Of a stretch of DNA of 64,000 bases, positions 21,912 to 35,261 are shown in pieces. The notes under the pieces are model-generated. The model saw only the letters and a list, made by a program, of their open reading frames with translations. It had not been told where the DNA came from and did no database searches. Source of the stretch: Anthoceros angustus (taxonomy: Eukaryota; Plantae; Anthocerotophyta); NCBI GenBank assembly GCA_010909165.1, contig MU008165.1:558001-622000 (forward strand), written 5' to 3'. Each line of letters opens with the position of its first letter. Position 1 is the stretch's first letter. Position numbers and translations under genes: made by a program.

Positions 21912-24900
21912 TGTGAATGTGCAAGGTTTGTTATTGGTTTTTAGTGTTGGAGTTCTTTAGAAGTGTAGGTTTGTTTAAAAGCCAAGGTGTTGCTTGGTTG
22001 GTGAACACTTGAAACGTTGGTGAATGCTCCTAAGTTGATCACGGTTTCGCTTTTGAATAATGTAGCGTTCCATCACACTGAAAGGATCTGAAGCTTGTAT
22101 TCTGTTCAAATAAGCTTTGAGTATGTTCAAATATGCTTTGAGTCTGCTTAAAGATGAGCTGGTGGTCCAACCTGAAGATACTCTTATTATATTGTCACCA
22201 TATACTTGAAATTATGTTGCCAGTGGTGAGACTTTGTAGATGCAATAGAACTTGGAGCTACTTTTAAACCTTGGCTCACAAACTTGCAACCAAGAATCAC
22301 GAGCCGAGTGATCCAGCCGTGGGCAGAGACGTATAGACGATGCTTGTAAAAATTAAAAAACAGAACTATCACTACAAAGCAAGAGCTAGCATAAGCACAA
22401 CTTGAGCTGAAAGTTGTAACAAGTGCCACTAAACGAAGCCTATAAAAATTAAAAACATCACTATCACGACAAACCAAGAGCTAATATAAGCACAAGTTGA
22501 GTTAAAAGTTGTAGCCAAGTAACCAAAAGGATTGGAAGGAAGCACCCACATATTCCAGAAAACTTGTGTAACAACGATAGCCTGCAGGACCTACAATCCT
22601 ACGCTACTCTCCATGATCCCAAACTGATACAAGTTCTAGAGAAAGCTCACCTGACGGGACGTAGTTGGCCCCTTCAATACATGGAATCTAGTCATAGGCA
22701 AAACAGATGAGCCCAGATTAGGCGAAGAAAAACCAGGATCAATCAGCAGTGACTCACTTGGCAGTGGAAACTAAAGAGGACCAATTGAAATTGCACAGGA
22801 CAGCACCAATTGGATAAACTGACTGCCAAATGGATGTTTTTGATTTGTTTATACAGTGTAGTGTTTAGAACGGCTCACATTCCTACATCTTTGTAAGCTT
22901 CTTCTTGCTCCATTCATGGCATTGAAAGACAACAATAGGCTACTGTGTAGCAGGAAGGGCAGTAGGAGAGAGGGCAAATACTTGTTTGCGAAAGGCCTGC
23001 TGCTAATGTCCTCCCACCAGGCCTGCAAGTGCTTCTGGTACTTCACGCCCTCCACACTCACAGGCGACAGGCGGAGGAGCCAACAGGACGCTGTTGAGGT
23101 GTAGTATCACCAAATCCCAGCAGGTTGTGACAAAAGGACTGGCAGCCGCATGGCCATCCCGTTCACATTTTAGATCGACAACCCCATCTGGGTCCCCCCA
23201 ACCTGCATATCCCGCACCCACCAGCCGTAGCAGCACATCGTGCTATGCACCACACGACATCAATTTCCAACAGTCAACAGCAAACAACCATCGTGGAAGC
23301 AAAATAGCGAATTGCGGCACGCTTGCAAGCGCCACTTTACCAAGCGAGCCTGTGGAACCCTCAACCGAGATGGTCATCATTCCTAGCAAGCAATCCATGA
23401 GCGATGGCAGTAGGGAGCAGCAAAACTAGCAGTCGTCCAACCCGTTCGATCAAAAAGCGCGTACAAAAGAGGCCCTTGCCTTCAGCGGACTCCCAATATT
23501 CTAGTGCGATCCTACAGTACAGTCAAAAGCAGGTACATCCAACCGTGGTAGCAACGCGATATGCAAAACTAGGTCGACGTCCTAGTCACAAGCTTAAACG
23601 AGCATCCAGGTAGCACAGTAGGTCGTCATCCGCATGCCATCCCACGAAGCCATTCCCATGCAATCTTGTGCCCACCAGATCGCTTAGTGAAGCCAAACAG
23701 TCAGCATACCACCTATTTTCTGTCATTCCTTGCGACATGTATCAAACATAGACATCAGTCTCACAAATTGCAGTCAGATGCTTCACCCAAGCAGGGCCTT
23801 GAGTTAGTATCCCAACGGATGACGATTCCAGTAGTACATGCATCCAATACGAGGCATCCAGACAAAAATTGCAGCACGAACAACGACATATTCATAGCCA
23901 CGTCAACCTGCCGGAGCACGAAGTATCTTGTGTTGATCAAACCAGGTATCACGTCTGTTTAGAAAGGGGTTTCTCCTGAAACCCCTTTTTGCACACGGAC
24001 TTGGCCGGACCCCTTTTTGCACTTGAAAAAATCCGCACTATAATCAAGCTTTTTGATATTTCTCTGCAGACATGTTACCCGTCACCTTTTGAATAATTGT
24101 TTTGATACACATTATTTGAGATTGTAGATTGCAAGTCGTGGCAAAACCTAAAGTCCCATTCTCGTTCGGCTTTTTCAAGCTGGACACAAAATTCGGCGCA
24201 AACTTATGCGCGACTTACATCTAAGCTTCCAACATCGGCAATCATTGCGGTGTTGGACGATACAAAACATTTAGAGTTTTAGGGCTTGAACTGGTCCGTG
24301 CAAAACTTGTTTGCGCACCTACCTTTCATTCATACTAGTCAATCCTATGACTATACTCTCGCTCCGAGAATTTTACAGGACTTTGTTCCTTAGACATTGG
24401 GACAATAATATCTTCTTTGGCCTGATGCTCTTGATCCACATCTAGTGCGAGAATGAGAGTGGCATGGTCTGCACTTAGAGCTGGGCCCACGCCAAACGTC
24501 TCAAGATTCAAAAGATGCAAAAGGTTCTCACTACTAGTTCAAAGTTTTAACTACTAAAAAAAAAATGAGGGTTAAGTAAAGATAAGAACATATCCACACT
24601 AGGGTGCTGCACAAAAAAAGTTGAAAACGTCGAAAGGAACCCTTTAAAACAACAAAAATATCAAAAAAATACAAAAAAATGCAAAAATTTGTCAAAATTT
24701 TAGAGCAAATCTTGCGCACTTGCCTCAAAAACTGGACTTTTGTAATTTTTAAGGGTTTTAAGGGTTTTAAGACTTTTTCTATTTTTTCTTTGGATGAACC
24801 GTCTGAATGCACTAGGAGGCATGAACCATTTGGGTTCATGCTCCTGTGCCCTTCTTGACCTTGGGTGCGTGCACTTGTGTGCACACTTGCGCCTCCTTGC

Positions 24901-26603
24901 CCCAGTGCGCGCTGCTGCACACGGGCATCCTGCAGTGCGGCGCGCACAAGTGTGTGCACCGGGCCCCCTGCCCACAGTGCGCGCACCCGCCCCTCCTTGC
25001 CTCTGTGCACACTTGCGCCTCCTTGCCCCAGTGCGCGCACCCGCCCCTTGCCTCGGTGCATGCACTTGTTCACCCATGGGCCCCCGCATGTTTGATGATA
25101 ACCCGGTACTAGGTCACCGAAAGAGACTAAACACCGAAAGAATAAAAGGGATAGGGTGTTCTTCATCGCATTAGGGCATAGGATAGGTATATAAGAGTGG
25201 TCTAGGTGAACCTCCGATGTCTCCTACTTGTTATTTTGTGGAGTTCGGCACATCCTCGACCGCCAAAGGACATGCTTCCCCATTAGAAGATCATTTTCGC
25301 GTTCTTTTTGCAGTGCATGCACAAGTTTGCACATAAGCGTTGTTTAGGCGCACACTTATGCGCGCCTAGGCCCTCTGGTATACAAAACATACAAAAACCA
25401 CACAAAATGCGTAAACTACGGACATGACAAAATTATGGAACAATGAGGTCATCGCCCTTCATCACACCGACTAAATCGCCATGAACACGAGTATAAGGCG
25501 CCAGCGTGTAAATGACTCGACAGAAGTGGTGCGGGAGAATGCCGGCGATGGATGAACACCTACAAAAACCAACAAAAACCAAACCAACTTCGTGAAATAG
25601 GGTTGGGATTTTCCAAAACCCTTTTGACAGAGAAACCCTTTCTAAACAGACGCAAGTAATCGTCACCGTGAAGTAACAAACATGTGTTGAGTGTGGACAA
25701 CGCAAGGGAGTGGAAGAGGCGGGTGGCGAGAGGGAGGCAGTGGAGGCATGCAGCGGCCACAGTCGATCACGAGGGCAAAAATGCCGGACATGAGGCAGTT
25801 GTCTAGGGGGAGAGAGAAGGAGGGAGGAATGGGGGGGAACATCCAGGTGCGCTGAAAAAGGGCTAGGGGACGTTGACAGTTCATGGCCGTTGGGGGGACA
25901 TTTGATGGCGTGACGCAGAGGAGAACATGGAGGCAGAAAAGGACGCAGTCGATGAAATTCAAGATTTTGGGAGGCCCTGGATAGAGAAAAATAGGCTGTT
26001 GTGCTAGAAATTTGGGGCATAAAGATGCGTCGACATTTGCACAAATGGTAAATACAAAGTACCATATCATAAACATGTACAGATCAACATACGTACGTAA
26101 CTCGTATGGCATACATATTTATTACATACAAAATATAATATGAACATATATCATTGAAAATATTATACCGTATATATCACCGTAAATGATACACGTATAG
26201 TACAAAGAACGTATTGATATGGGAATTTATGTGTGATGGTATTGATGGGCGTATTAGTAGTAACGACTATGTAAAACTTGTATTCCATAGGACAAAAGTA
26301 AAAAAAGAATGGTAGATGGAGAGGAGGTTCGGAACCAAGCCTAAAAAAGTGTTCCAAGACTTTTCTTGTAACACTTTATATGTTGCAATCTTGTTGCAAT
26401 CTTGAGAGAGGGCAAAAGCACCTCTCACTTCATCTCAACATAATTGCAACATCCTTGCAACATGATTGCAACAAAAGCACTGGTCTAGTTTCCAAGTCAA
26501 AGTGTAACAAGGGGCCCAAAAAGTGTTACATAGCCCCAAAATTACAACATGAGTGTTACATCCAGGGGTCTAAATCTTAACATAAAGTGTAACATAAGCA
26601 GGC

Positions 26604-26616
26604 ATTTCTAGTAGGG
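26604..26616 (-). mobile_element. Possible degenerate CACTA right terminus
   Basis: The reverse complement CCCTACTAGAAAT matches CACTACTAGAAAA at 11 of 13 positions. It is preceded by gttgcaatc/gtgttaca subterminal-like repeats (about 26380-26600). There is no matching 3-bp TSD with 11583. Confidence 0.35.
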
Positions 26617-26619
26617 ATG

Positions 26620-28018
26620 CCTTGAGTCGCAAGCAAAGTTTACATTTAATAACTTGTTTTACGTTGAAGAGACCTAAGCTACAACACAAATGGTGATTGA
26701 GCCAAGGGACACTCACACACAGATCAAGGAAGCTTATCTGCGAGATCCATTAATATAGTATTGGATCAATGAAGTAGAGCAACTGGGATTTAAGTTTAAG
26801 CTTATGGATGGCTTGTTGATGTTTAAGCAAAATAGGATTGTGATTCCTGATTCTCAAGAGTTGAGAAGGAAGTTGCTTGCAGAATATCATGATGCGCCAA
26901 GTGCAGGTCATCGAGAGATTGACCCAACTTATAAGAAGTTGAGAAAGCTATTTTACTGGCCTGGAATGTACAAGCATACTGTTGAGTATGTGGAGTCTTG
27001 TATAGACTGCCAGTAGGAGGTGCCAGTAAGCACACTTCATCCCTATGAAAAAGCGAGTGAAAGCTTCTGAAGTTGCTTAGATGTTCAAGAATCATGTACA
27101 TGTGTTACATGGACAACCTATGCAAATTGTGAGTGACAGAGCTCCCAGATTTACTGCAGAGTTTTGACAACAACTTATGAAGAGCTTAGGAGTGCAATTA
27201 TATATGAGCACCGCGTACCACCTTGATACAGATGGATCAACAAAGAGGGTGAACAAATCCAAAAAGAATACTTACGACACTATGTAGATATGGACCAGTG
27301 AGATTGGAGTAATCATCTTGAGGATGCAGAGTTTTGTTATTGTTACAATAACACTGTACATAGCTCCGTAGGCTACACACCTTTTCATATGACAGGTAAC
27401 GAAGCAATGGATGTAGTTTCCATGTTGAATGCTGGCGTGTTTGAGACAACAACAAGAGAACCACGTGAATTCATTGAGCTGTTAAGGGCCAGACATGAAG
27501 TTGCTAAGAGGATATTAGCCAAGGCTCATGACAGGTAAAAGAAGTTTGCTGACAGGCACATGAAAGAGGTAGAGTTTCAAGTAGGTGACAAGGTGAGGGT
27601 GAAATTGAAGAATTTCCCACTGCCACAATGGTTGACCTCAAAGTTAAGGCCCAAGTTTGGAGGATCTATCTTTCGTAGTTCTGAAGCGCATTGAAGGTGT
27701 GGCTTACAATCTATAGCTGTCTGAACGGATCTTCTTTCATAATGTGTTTCATGTCTCTTTGCTGAAACCACTTGTGATTTGAAAGAGAATGAGGATATGA
27801 ACAAGAATGATTATGTCATCCTAGTTCAACACAATCATGGTCTGCGGGAAATTGTTGAGCTCCGTGGTAATGTACCAGTGAGAGTATCTAATAAGGCTTC
27901 GTGGTTATACAGATCCTGTTTCGGTTTCACTTGAAGATGTGCAACAAGGATCATGGATGATCTCACGTTACACTGGAGGTCATTGAGGACAATGACATCT
28001 TCCCAATGGAGGAGAGAG
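26620..28018 (+). mobile_element. Degenerate Ty3/gypsy pol fragment (RNase H end, integrase)
   Basis: DALSRK; IVIPDSQELRRKLLAEYHDAPSAGHREIDPTYKKLRKLFYWPGMYKHTVEYVESCIDCQ (HHCC zinc finger); IVSDRAPRFT; MSTAYHLDTDG; NNTVHSSVGYTPF; FQVGDKV. Multiple stops. A purine tract ggaggagagag lies at 28008-28018. Confidence 0.9.
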
Positions 28019-28920
28019 TAGCGACACTGGTGAAACAAGGTAGGAAGGTGAAAAGTTAAAAGAAGTAAAAAGCTAAGTTAGTAGTTGCCCTGTTAAGAAG
28101 ATGTATGTGTTGCATACTTCATGCAATCTCCTGTTAGAGAGGAATTGCTACAGCCACAAATGAAGAGCTGCCTAGAGAGGACTCTTAGTGATCAGTGGTA
28201 TGTAAGAACCCCTAGATTTAACAGCTGCCTAGTTGAGGTAGGCTGCGGGATATATAAGGACTAGAGCAAGGGCTTTGAGGAGGGGCCTCTAGTGTACTAG
28301 TTATCGTGCCCACGGTAAATGCTGGGTAGCCAAGTGCGGAGCGGATAACTGCTGCTGGGATCTGATGGGCCATCAGGCTCCATGACCTTCGCTTCGCTCA
28401 AGCCTTTTTAACATCATCTCATTCGGCGATGGATGAAGCAGCATCCGGAGTGCCAAATGGCAAGACCTGAAGGGGACACTCACTCTTTGAGAGAGCAGGC
28501 AAGTGTGCGCTACAAGCCTTATGTTGAGAGAGCCGTGGAGTGCTAGCTAGTGAGCTTGTCGTGGAGGCAAGGGCAGTGAGCTTGTCGTGGAGGCAAGGGC
28601 AGTGAGCTTGTCGTGGAGTCAAGGGCAATGAGCTTGTCGTGGAGTCAAGGGCAGTGAGCTTGTCGTGGAGTCAAGGGTAGTAGCCAGTTGGGTGTAGATA
28701 GCCAGATTCCATCGTTGTATTCTTTCAAAAAAGAGCAGCACCTCGAGGAGGTGGCTTGTGAGTCGTCAGTGGACGGTAGGCTACTTGGAGCCTAGTGCTG
28801 TGTCGTGAGGTTGAGAGCGCTGAGAATCGTGCAGGTCTCTTGTGGAGTGAATTGGCAAGGTCCTAGACCGCTAGGAAGCCAGCACTTGTCACTTCCTTGC
28901 TGCGCAGTGAGAGGTGTTAC
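28019..28920 (+). mobile_element. 3' LTR of the gypsy element, with an internal 26-bp tandem repeat (x5)
   Basis: Follows the integrase and polypurine tract and ends in gtgttac. Contains (gtgagcttgtcgtggaggcaagggca)x5 at about 28550-28680. Closely similar to 32845-33588. Confidence 0.75.
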
Positions 28921-29399
28921 TTTGCTGCGGGTGCAGTGAGGGGTGTTACTTTGCTTCGGGTGCAGTTAGGGGTGTTATTTTGCTAAGGGTGCCGAACCAC
29001 ATCCAAACTAGAAGTGCAATAAGCTGCACACAATTGTAACAAAAAGGCTTCAAAAATGCTATGACAAAAAAAAAGGCCTAAAAAATGTTATAAACTAAGT
29101 GACATAGGACCCCATATTCAAATCTACCTTGCCTACCTGCTATGGAAAGCATACGCACAGGTCTTTTCGGGAAAGGGCGAGACCATCATTTATTTCAATT
29201 CAATTGTAGCACACGCAGAAAATTAGGACAAGTTCCCAAAAACCCACATCCTTCAGCCTATGCATTTCAAAATCCATCGTTCATTCTCTAAAAAAAATCC
29301 ATCGTTCAGCCTTCCATAAGCACCACTATGCAACCCCAGCAGAATGCCAACAATGGCAGACTCCCTGCCTCCCGCCCTCGAGCAAGTGTATGTTCAAGA

Positions 29400-31654
29400 T
29401 ACCGACGTTGTTGGGCTTGTAAGGGAGCGAGACAAGGCCCACTAACCTCGCATTACGAACATCGCCGGGTTAACGAGTGTTTGCCGGCATGAGGAGTCGG
29501 GGGAGGTCCCGTGATGAGCTGGCTGTCTAAGCCAGCTTGGCTTGATGAGCAGCTCGTTTTTTCGGATATGCAGATGGCTCATGGTGGGCCTCTCCTTCCA
29601 AGTCGTGGTCTCTGAATAAGCCTGAACCTGGCAGGCTTGAAGGATCGGGAATGGGCGTCGTAACGGCTGGAACGGTGAGCATGTGATGTCAGCAGGGGAA
29701 GCTTTCTGAGGCTGTTGGAGCCCTGGAATCTCTGTCGGACACAGGGTCTGCCATTTCTCAGACTCGGTTTCCACTGTGCTAAAACGGGGAACCATATCTT
29801 GCGCATTTCTGCATGTGGAGGTAGGCTAGAGGAAGCCAGGGATGTGCTCACCAGGAAACCAAATGCCTTCATGTGATTTTCCCATTTTATCCGCATACGT
29901 TACGCATGGGAAGCAGAAAACTGCTCTGTGATGTCTTGCAGAGTGACATTCCTCCCGACTTGTTTGTTGGGAACTGCCTGGTGGACATGTATGCAAAATG
30001 TGGCGCTGATTTGTATGAACGAATGGAGCAGGAGGGCCTGGTTGTGGCTGACCACGTTACTTTTGATTACCTTCTGAAGGCTTGTGCAAGTGCTGGTTCC
30101 TTACAGCAGGGTAGGCGTCTGCACTCACAGATTGTGGGCCGAGGACAGCTAGATTTCACATTGGTGGGCAACAGCCTGGTGGACATTTATGCAAAATGTA
30201 GCGACCTGCGATCTGCACGAGAGGTTTTTGAAAGCTTGGCCACAAAGGATGTGGTGACATGGAATGCACTGTTATCTGGGTATGCCCAGCAAGGGTTTGG
30301 CCAAGAGGCACTTGTTCTGTATGGAGAAATGGAGCAAGAGGGAATCACTTTGGCTGACCATGTTACTTTTGCTTGCTTTCTGAAGGCCCATGCAAGCTCT
30401 GGTGCCTTTCAGAAGGGCAGGCAGCTGCATTCTCAGATCGTGGAAAGACAACTGCTGGATAACATTCTGGTGGGTAACTGCATGGTGGACATGCATGCAA
30501 AATGTGGTGAAGCGAAAGATGCACACCAGCTTTTTGACAGCTTGGCCAAAATGAATGTGGTGACATGGAATGCCCTGATGGCTGGGTATGCACAGCTTGG
30601 CCAATAGGCGTTTGTGCCTTAAAGAAGGGTAGGCAACTGCATTCAGAGATTGTGGAAGCAGGACTGCTGGATACCGTAATGTTAGGCAACTGCCTGGTGA
30701 ACATATATGCAAAACGTGGCAAACTGGAAGGTGCGCGCCAGGTTTTGACAGCTTGGCCACAAAAAATGTGGTGACGTGGACAACCCTGATAGCTGCCTAT
30801 GGTGATTGTGATGAAGGTCACAAGGTGCTACCTTGTTTGAGGAGATGTTAGTTGCTGGTTTTCAGCCTAATGATGTATCTTTTACTTGCCTTTTGGTAGC
30901 ATGCAGGCATGAGGGACTGGTGGATGAGAGTCGTCAGCTCTTTACCATCTCTGAACATCATGGCATCAAACCTACTGCTAAGCATTACAATTGCATGACT
31001 GATCTTCTTGGGCGTGCAGGCCGTTTAGATGAGGCAGAGACGGCGCTCTTATCATGCGAGAGCCAGAGCAATGTTGTGGGTTTGACGTCAAAAGTCATTG
31101 AGATATAGTAGAGAGGGCGATCCGGTGTTTTGCAAGCCTTGTTAGGCTGGACCCTCAATGGGCTCCTGCTCATGTGGTCTTGGTCAATGCCTACGCAGAC
31201 GCAGGTATGTGTCCGGACCGACGCTGACAGGATGAGAATGGTAGCAGGAGCTAGCAAGAAACCTGGAGTGGCGAGCATTGAGGTGAAGAACCAGCTACAT
31301 ACATTTGCGGTCGAAGAAAGAAGAGAGGATATTACTCTTAGGGTTGCGAGCACGAATGCACGTCGGAAGCAGGAAGGAGGCCACGTACCTCACACAAAGT
31401 TGGTGTTGAAGTCACTGTCAGAGAAGGAAAAGGACGATGCGCTATGTGAACATGCTGAGAAGCTAGCTCTGGCGTATGGTCGCTCGAACACGCCGGGTGG
31501 GAGATCTCTGGTAGTATCGAAGACTTCACGCATGTGCAGTGACTGCCACAGTTCAACGGAGATCATGTCAAGGCTGGAACAGAGAGACATTGTTGTGAGT
31601 GATGGGTACCGTGTGCATCGAAAAGGTTGTTGCCGTTGTAATGTTCGACCGTGA
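29400..31654 (+). pseudogene. Disrupted PDF-leader PLS-PPR-E-DYW:KP (GRP-type) gene
   Basis: Leader remnant RHEESGEVP** / SKPAWLDEQLVFSDMQM. PPR pieces at 29873-30607 and 30833-31108. Tail KKPGVASIEV...CEHAEKLALAYG...RMCSDCHSSTEIMSRLEQRDIVVSDGYRVHRKGCCRCNVRP. Many stops, frameshifts and deletions. Confidence 0.88.
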
Positions 31655-32844
31655 GAAATTTTTCCTTTCTGATTTGTCGCTTTATTAATCTAACAATGTT
31701 GTTACACCGGGCAGGGTCAGCAGCCCGAAATTTAGCAGTCGCGGATTTCAGAGTCTCAAGTAATCGGCATGCGCCTACACCACAGCATCTCGCCAAAACT
31801 TAAGAGACTCCTCCAGTGATGAGAAGACTGCGAGCTGAACGTGAGAATGATTAAGAACTCGGTAGTTCTCAACTGTGTAAAATCGCCTACAGTGTTTTCC
31901 CTTGCCACGGTGCCGACTGCAGTCCATCTCGTCGATGTCTCGTTTGCCTTCCGCGTGAGGCTGCCGGTGTCTGGCTTCCTAGGTTGTTGCTTTACTTCAG
32001 GTTGTCCATTTTCCAGCCACTGGATGTGGATGCGGTGTCCAATCCGTATTAACTGTACGTTGGAGCTGAACCGAAGAGATTGACCAACGAAGATGCCAGA
32101 GATGGAGAAGGGGAGTAAACAGGTTGAGAGAGGAGTTGCTGTTTCTCCACAATCCAGCTTCGAGGAAGATGGTGAGTCGGGACATGCGACTTGGATTAGG
32201 GTGGAGAAAGCTTGGGAGACCACTTGCAGTCGTCGTGTGCACCTCCATTCTGATCGGACTTGCACAGAAACCGCTCCGTCTGCCGGCCCAGCCCCATGCT
32301 TGTACAGTCCATCCCTAATCATCCCGATTCAGGCTTCCAGCATGAGAGCAAGCAGTACGTCTTACACTGGGAATCAGCTGCTGTATGGACAGCAAGACGC
32401 CCGCAACGTAGTCCTATCGGACGCAGGCGGATACACGAGGACCGCGCCCCTAGGAAAACCAGAACCTGCCTGTCCAGATGTCGCCTTCCCAGCGGAAGGA
32501 GCAGACGCAGCGATTCAGAACAGATTCAACAGTGTGACCGGTAGCTTGACATCGAGAGCCTGACGGGTGCGTGCTATTGGAGTGACGAGCATGTCGGCTC
32601 TCGGTTCTTCGAAGCTATCAAGACCTACTCGACTGGCGACTTCCTGCTTTTCTTGGGAGTTTACAGAACGACAGGTATTTTATATTCCACTTAATCTGGG
32701 GCCGGAAGCATCCTTTAGGGTTACGGGAACGAACAGCTAGAAGCATATCAACTAAAATCTGAATAATTTTACAACAAAGGCTTTGAAGGACTTTTGGTAG
32801 TATTAAGATTTTTGATACCATGCTGGGAACTCATATGACTAACG

Positions 32845-33588
32845 GCACTGGTGAAATAAGGTAGAGAAGTGAAAAGTTGAAAAAAAGTAAAAAGTTAAGT
32901 TAGTAGCTGTCCTGTTAAGAAGATGCATGTGTTGCATGCTTCATGCAATCTCTTGTTAGAGAGGAATTGCTACAGCCACAAATGAAGAGCTGCCTAGAGA
33001 GGACTCTTAGTGATCAGTGGTCTGTAAGAATCCCTAGATTTAATAGCTGCCTAGTTAAGGTCAGGCTGCGGGGTATATAAGGGCTAGAGCAAGGGCTTTG
33101 AGGAACAAGTTACAAGTTACTCATTCTTTGAGAGAGCAGGCAAGTGTGCGCTGCAAGCCTTGTGTTGAGAGAGAGCTGTGGAGAGCTAGCTAGTGAGCTG
33201 CGGGATATATAAGGGCTAGAGCAAGGACTTTGAGGAACAAGTTACAAGTTACTCATTCTTTGAGAGAGCAGCAAGTGTCTTGTGCAAGCCTGTTGAGAGA
33301 GAGAGCATGGAGAGCTAGCTAGTGAGCTTGTCATGGAATCAAGGGCGTGAGCTGGGCGTAGATAGCCAGATTCCATCGTTGTATTCTTGCAATAAAGAGC
33401 AGCACCTCGAGGAGGTGGCCTGCGAGTCGTCAGTGGACGGTGGGCTACTTGGAGTCTAGTGTTGTGTTGTGAGGTTGAGAGCGTTGAGAATCGTGCAAGT
33501 CTCTTGTGGAGTGAATTGGCGAGGTCCTAGACCGTTGGGAAGCCAGCACTTGTCGCTTCCTTACTAGCTGCGTAGTGAGGCGTGTTAC
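32845..33588 (+). mobile_element. Second LTR of the same family (apparently solo), with an internal duplication of about 130 bp
   Basis: Collinear similarity to 28025-28920, from cactggtgaaa to gtgttac. No adjacent gag/pol. Confidence 0.75.
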
Positions 33589-34511
33589 TATATGTGTATT
33601 TATTTTTTATAATTTTTTAATTCTCTTAAAAAATATTTCTGATGGGTCTACTACCCAACAAAACTTATTTGAAGATGTGAGAAGCTTCCTAGGAGTCTTT
33701 AGCTCATCTTTACATGGACATTCTTCCTCGCAGCTTTTAGCTCATCTTTGCATTGTGAGGGCATAGGACATTCTTAGCTCATCTTTGCGTTCTGAGGACA
33801 TCAGACATTTCAGTCTACACCTGCCTTATGTTTGTCTGTAGCCCTGTCATGAAACAAGAGACATGAGAAATTTCTCATTATTATCTTATCTGAACAATGC
33901 CATATCTGTGCAAGATACTAATCAATCTCTACTCTACATGGTTGAGTCATGTAAGAGATTGCGTTTACTTATTTAATAGTATTAAGTATACTTATATATA
34001 TTCTATGTGAGAATACTTAGTTATAAAATTTAAGTAATTTGAAGCACTTAATTCTAAAAATCAATTCGCTGTGTCTAATGGCTTAGGGTAGAAAAGAGTA
34101 AGGCATCCTCCGTAGTGACAGGGCAGTGTCGAAAAACGAAAAAGCCAGTAGGCAACAGGGTGCCTTATAGCTACATCAACTACGTACGCAAAAAGAGATT
34201 AGCTACGGTATTAACTACGGTAATAATTTCCCAAGGCCCCAACAGGAGAGCGCACTATATAACGGAAGGACATGGTAGTGAGATTTTTGTCTCTCGGGGC
34301 TCTGTGTGCGGTAGGCTTTGGGTGCGTCTCTTCCGTTTCTGGTGTTCTTCTTTGTCTTGCTGGGATTCGAGCGTTTGGGGTTTGGGTTGGAGTTGCCCTC
34401 TGCCCTTGCTCTAATTCCGGTGCGCCGCGCACGGTCGAGAGGTGGCTTAGGTTTGTGTGCTTGTTGCCAGGGTTTGCCGGAGTAGGAGGCGGGGGTCTAG
34501 CTGTCGCAGCC

Positions 34512-35261
34512 ATGTCTCGGGAGACGAAGGTGAAGTTGAAGAGCTCGGATGACGAGATGTTTGAGGTCGATGAAGCTGTCGCGCACGAGAGCCAGACAGT
34601 GAAGAATATGATTGAAGACACCGGTGTGGAAAACCCTATCCCGCTCCCCAACGTGAGCAGCAAGATCTTGGCGAAGGTCATTGAGTACTGCAAGTACCAT
34701 GTGGAGGCAGTGAAGTCGTCTGAGGACAAGCCGGCGGCTGCCGACGATGAAATCAAGGGCTGGGACCAAGAATTCGTGAAGGTCGACCAGGCAACCCTGT
34801 TTGACCTCATCCTGGTGAGTAAACTGGCGCTCGCTCTGCTGAAGTTGATGCTAGGCGGTTGGAATGAGGCCATTGTGCACCACCCTTCCGCCCTGCTAGC
34901 CGCTGTGGTCGTAGCGCATCATTGCGTGCGGATGGTTGTTGTTTTATGGTTTGGGTGGTTTGTTGTATCGTGAACATAGTTGTTTTGGTTCGGGTCATGC
35001 GATAAAGGGTTCAGGCCTTACTATGAGGGAACTAGCAGGAGGTCTTTCTACACGAGGTTGTAAACTTGTGTTTGTTCTGTGGAGCAGGCGGCCAATTACC
35101 TGAACATAAAGAAGCTGCTCGATTTGACCTGCCAAACTGTAGCAGATATGATCAAGGGCAAGAGTCCTGAGGAGATTCGGAAGACATTCAACATCAAGAA
35201 CGACTTCACTCCGGAGGAAGAAGAGGAGGTTAGGAGGGAGAATCAGTGGGCCTTCGAGTAG
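34512..35261 (+). CDS. SKP1: SKP1/ASK SCF ubiquitin-ligase subunit, 2 exons
   Basis: Exons 34512-34814 and 35088-35261: [18 protein letters not shown]...[22 protein letters not shown]...TLFDLIL|[57 protein letters not shown]. Confidence 0.97.

Noticed and set aside
23963-23988. Perfect 11-bp hairpin (aaaggggtttc-tcct-gaaaccccttt), possible Helitron end or terminator
   Set aside because: The CTRR-like motif abuts the stem without the usual spacing, and there is no matching 5' end or helicase; too little support.
24529-24545. CACTACTAG sequence as another CACTA terminus
   Set aside because: It diverges after 9 nt and lacks subterminal repeats.
22849-26330. Scattered 60-210 aa ORFs and GC-rich gtgcgc repeats (about 24880-25070)
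   Set aside because: No recognisable domains; probably decayed TE or intergenic DNA that I cannot classify.
31756-32563. Overlapping 156-188 aa ORFs between the PPR pseudogene and the LTR
   Set aside because: No motif, splice or codon evidence for a real gene.
32809-32822. Minus-strand TGGTATCA resembling a tRNA-Met primer-binding site next to the second LTR
   Set aside because: Only 8 nt match, and the orientation conflicts with the plus-strand polarity set by the integrase and polypurine tract.
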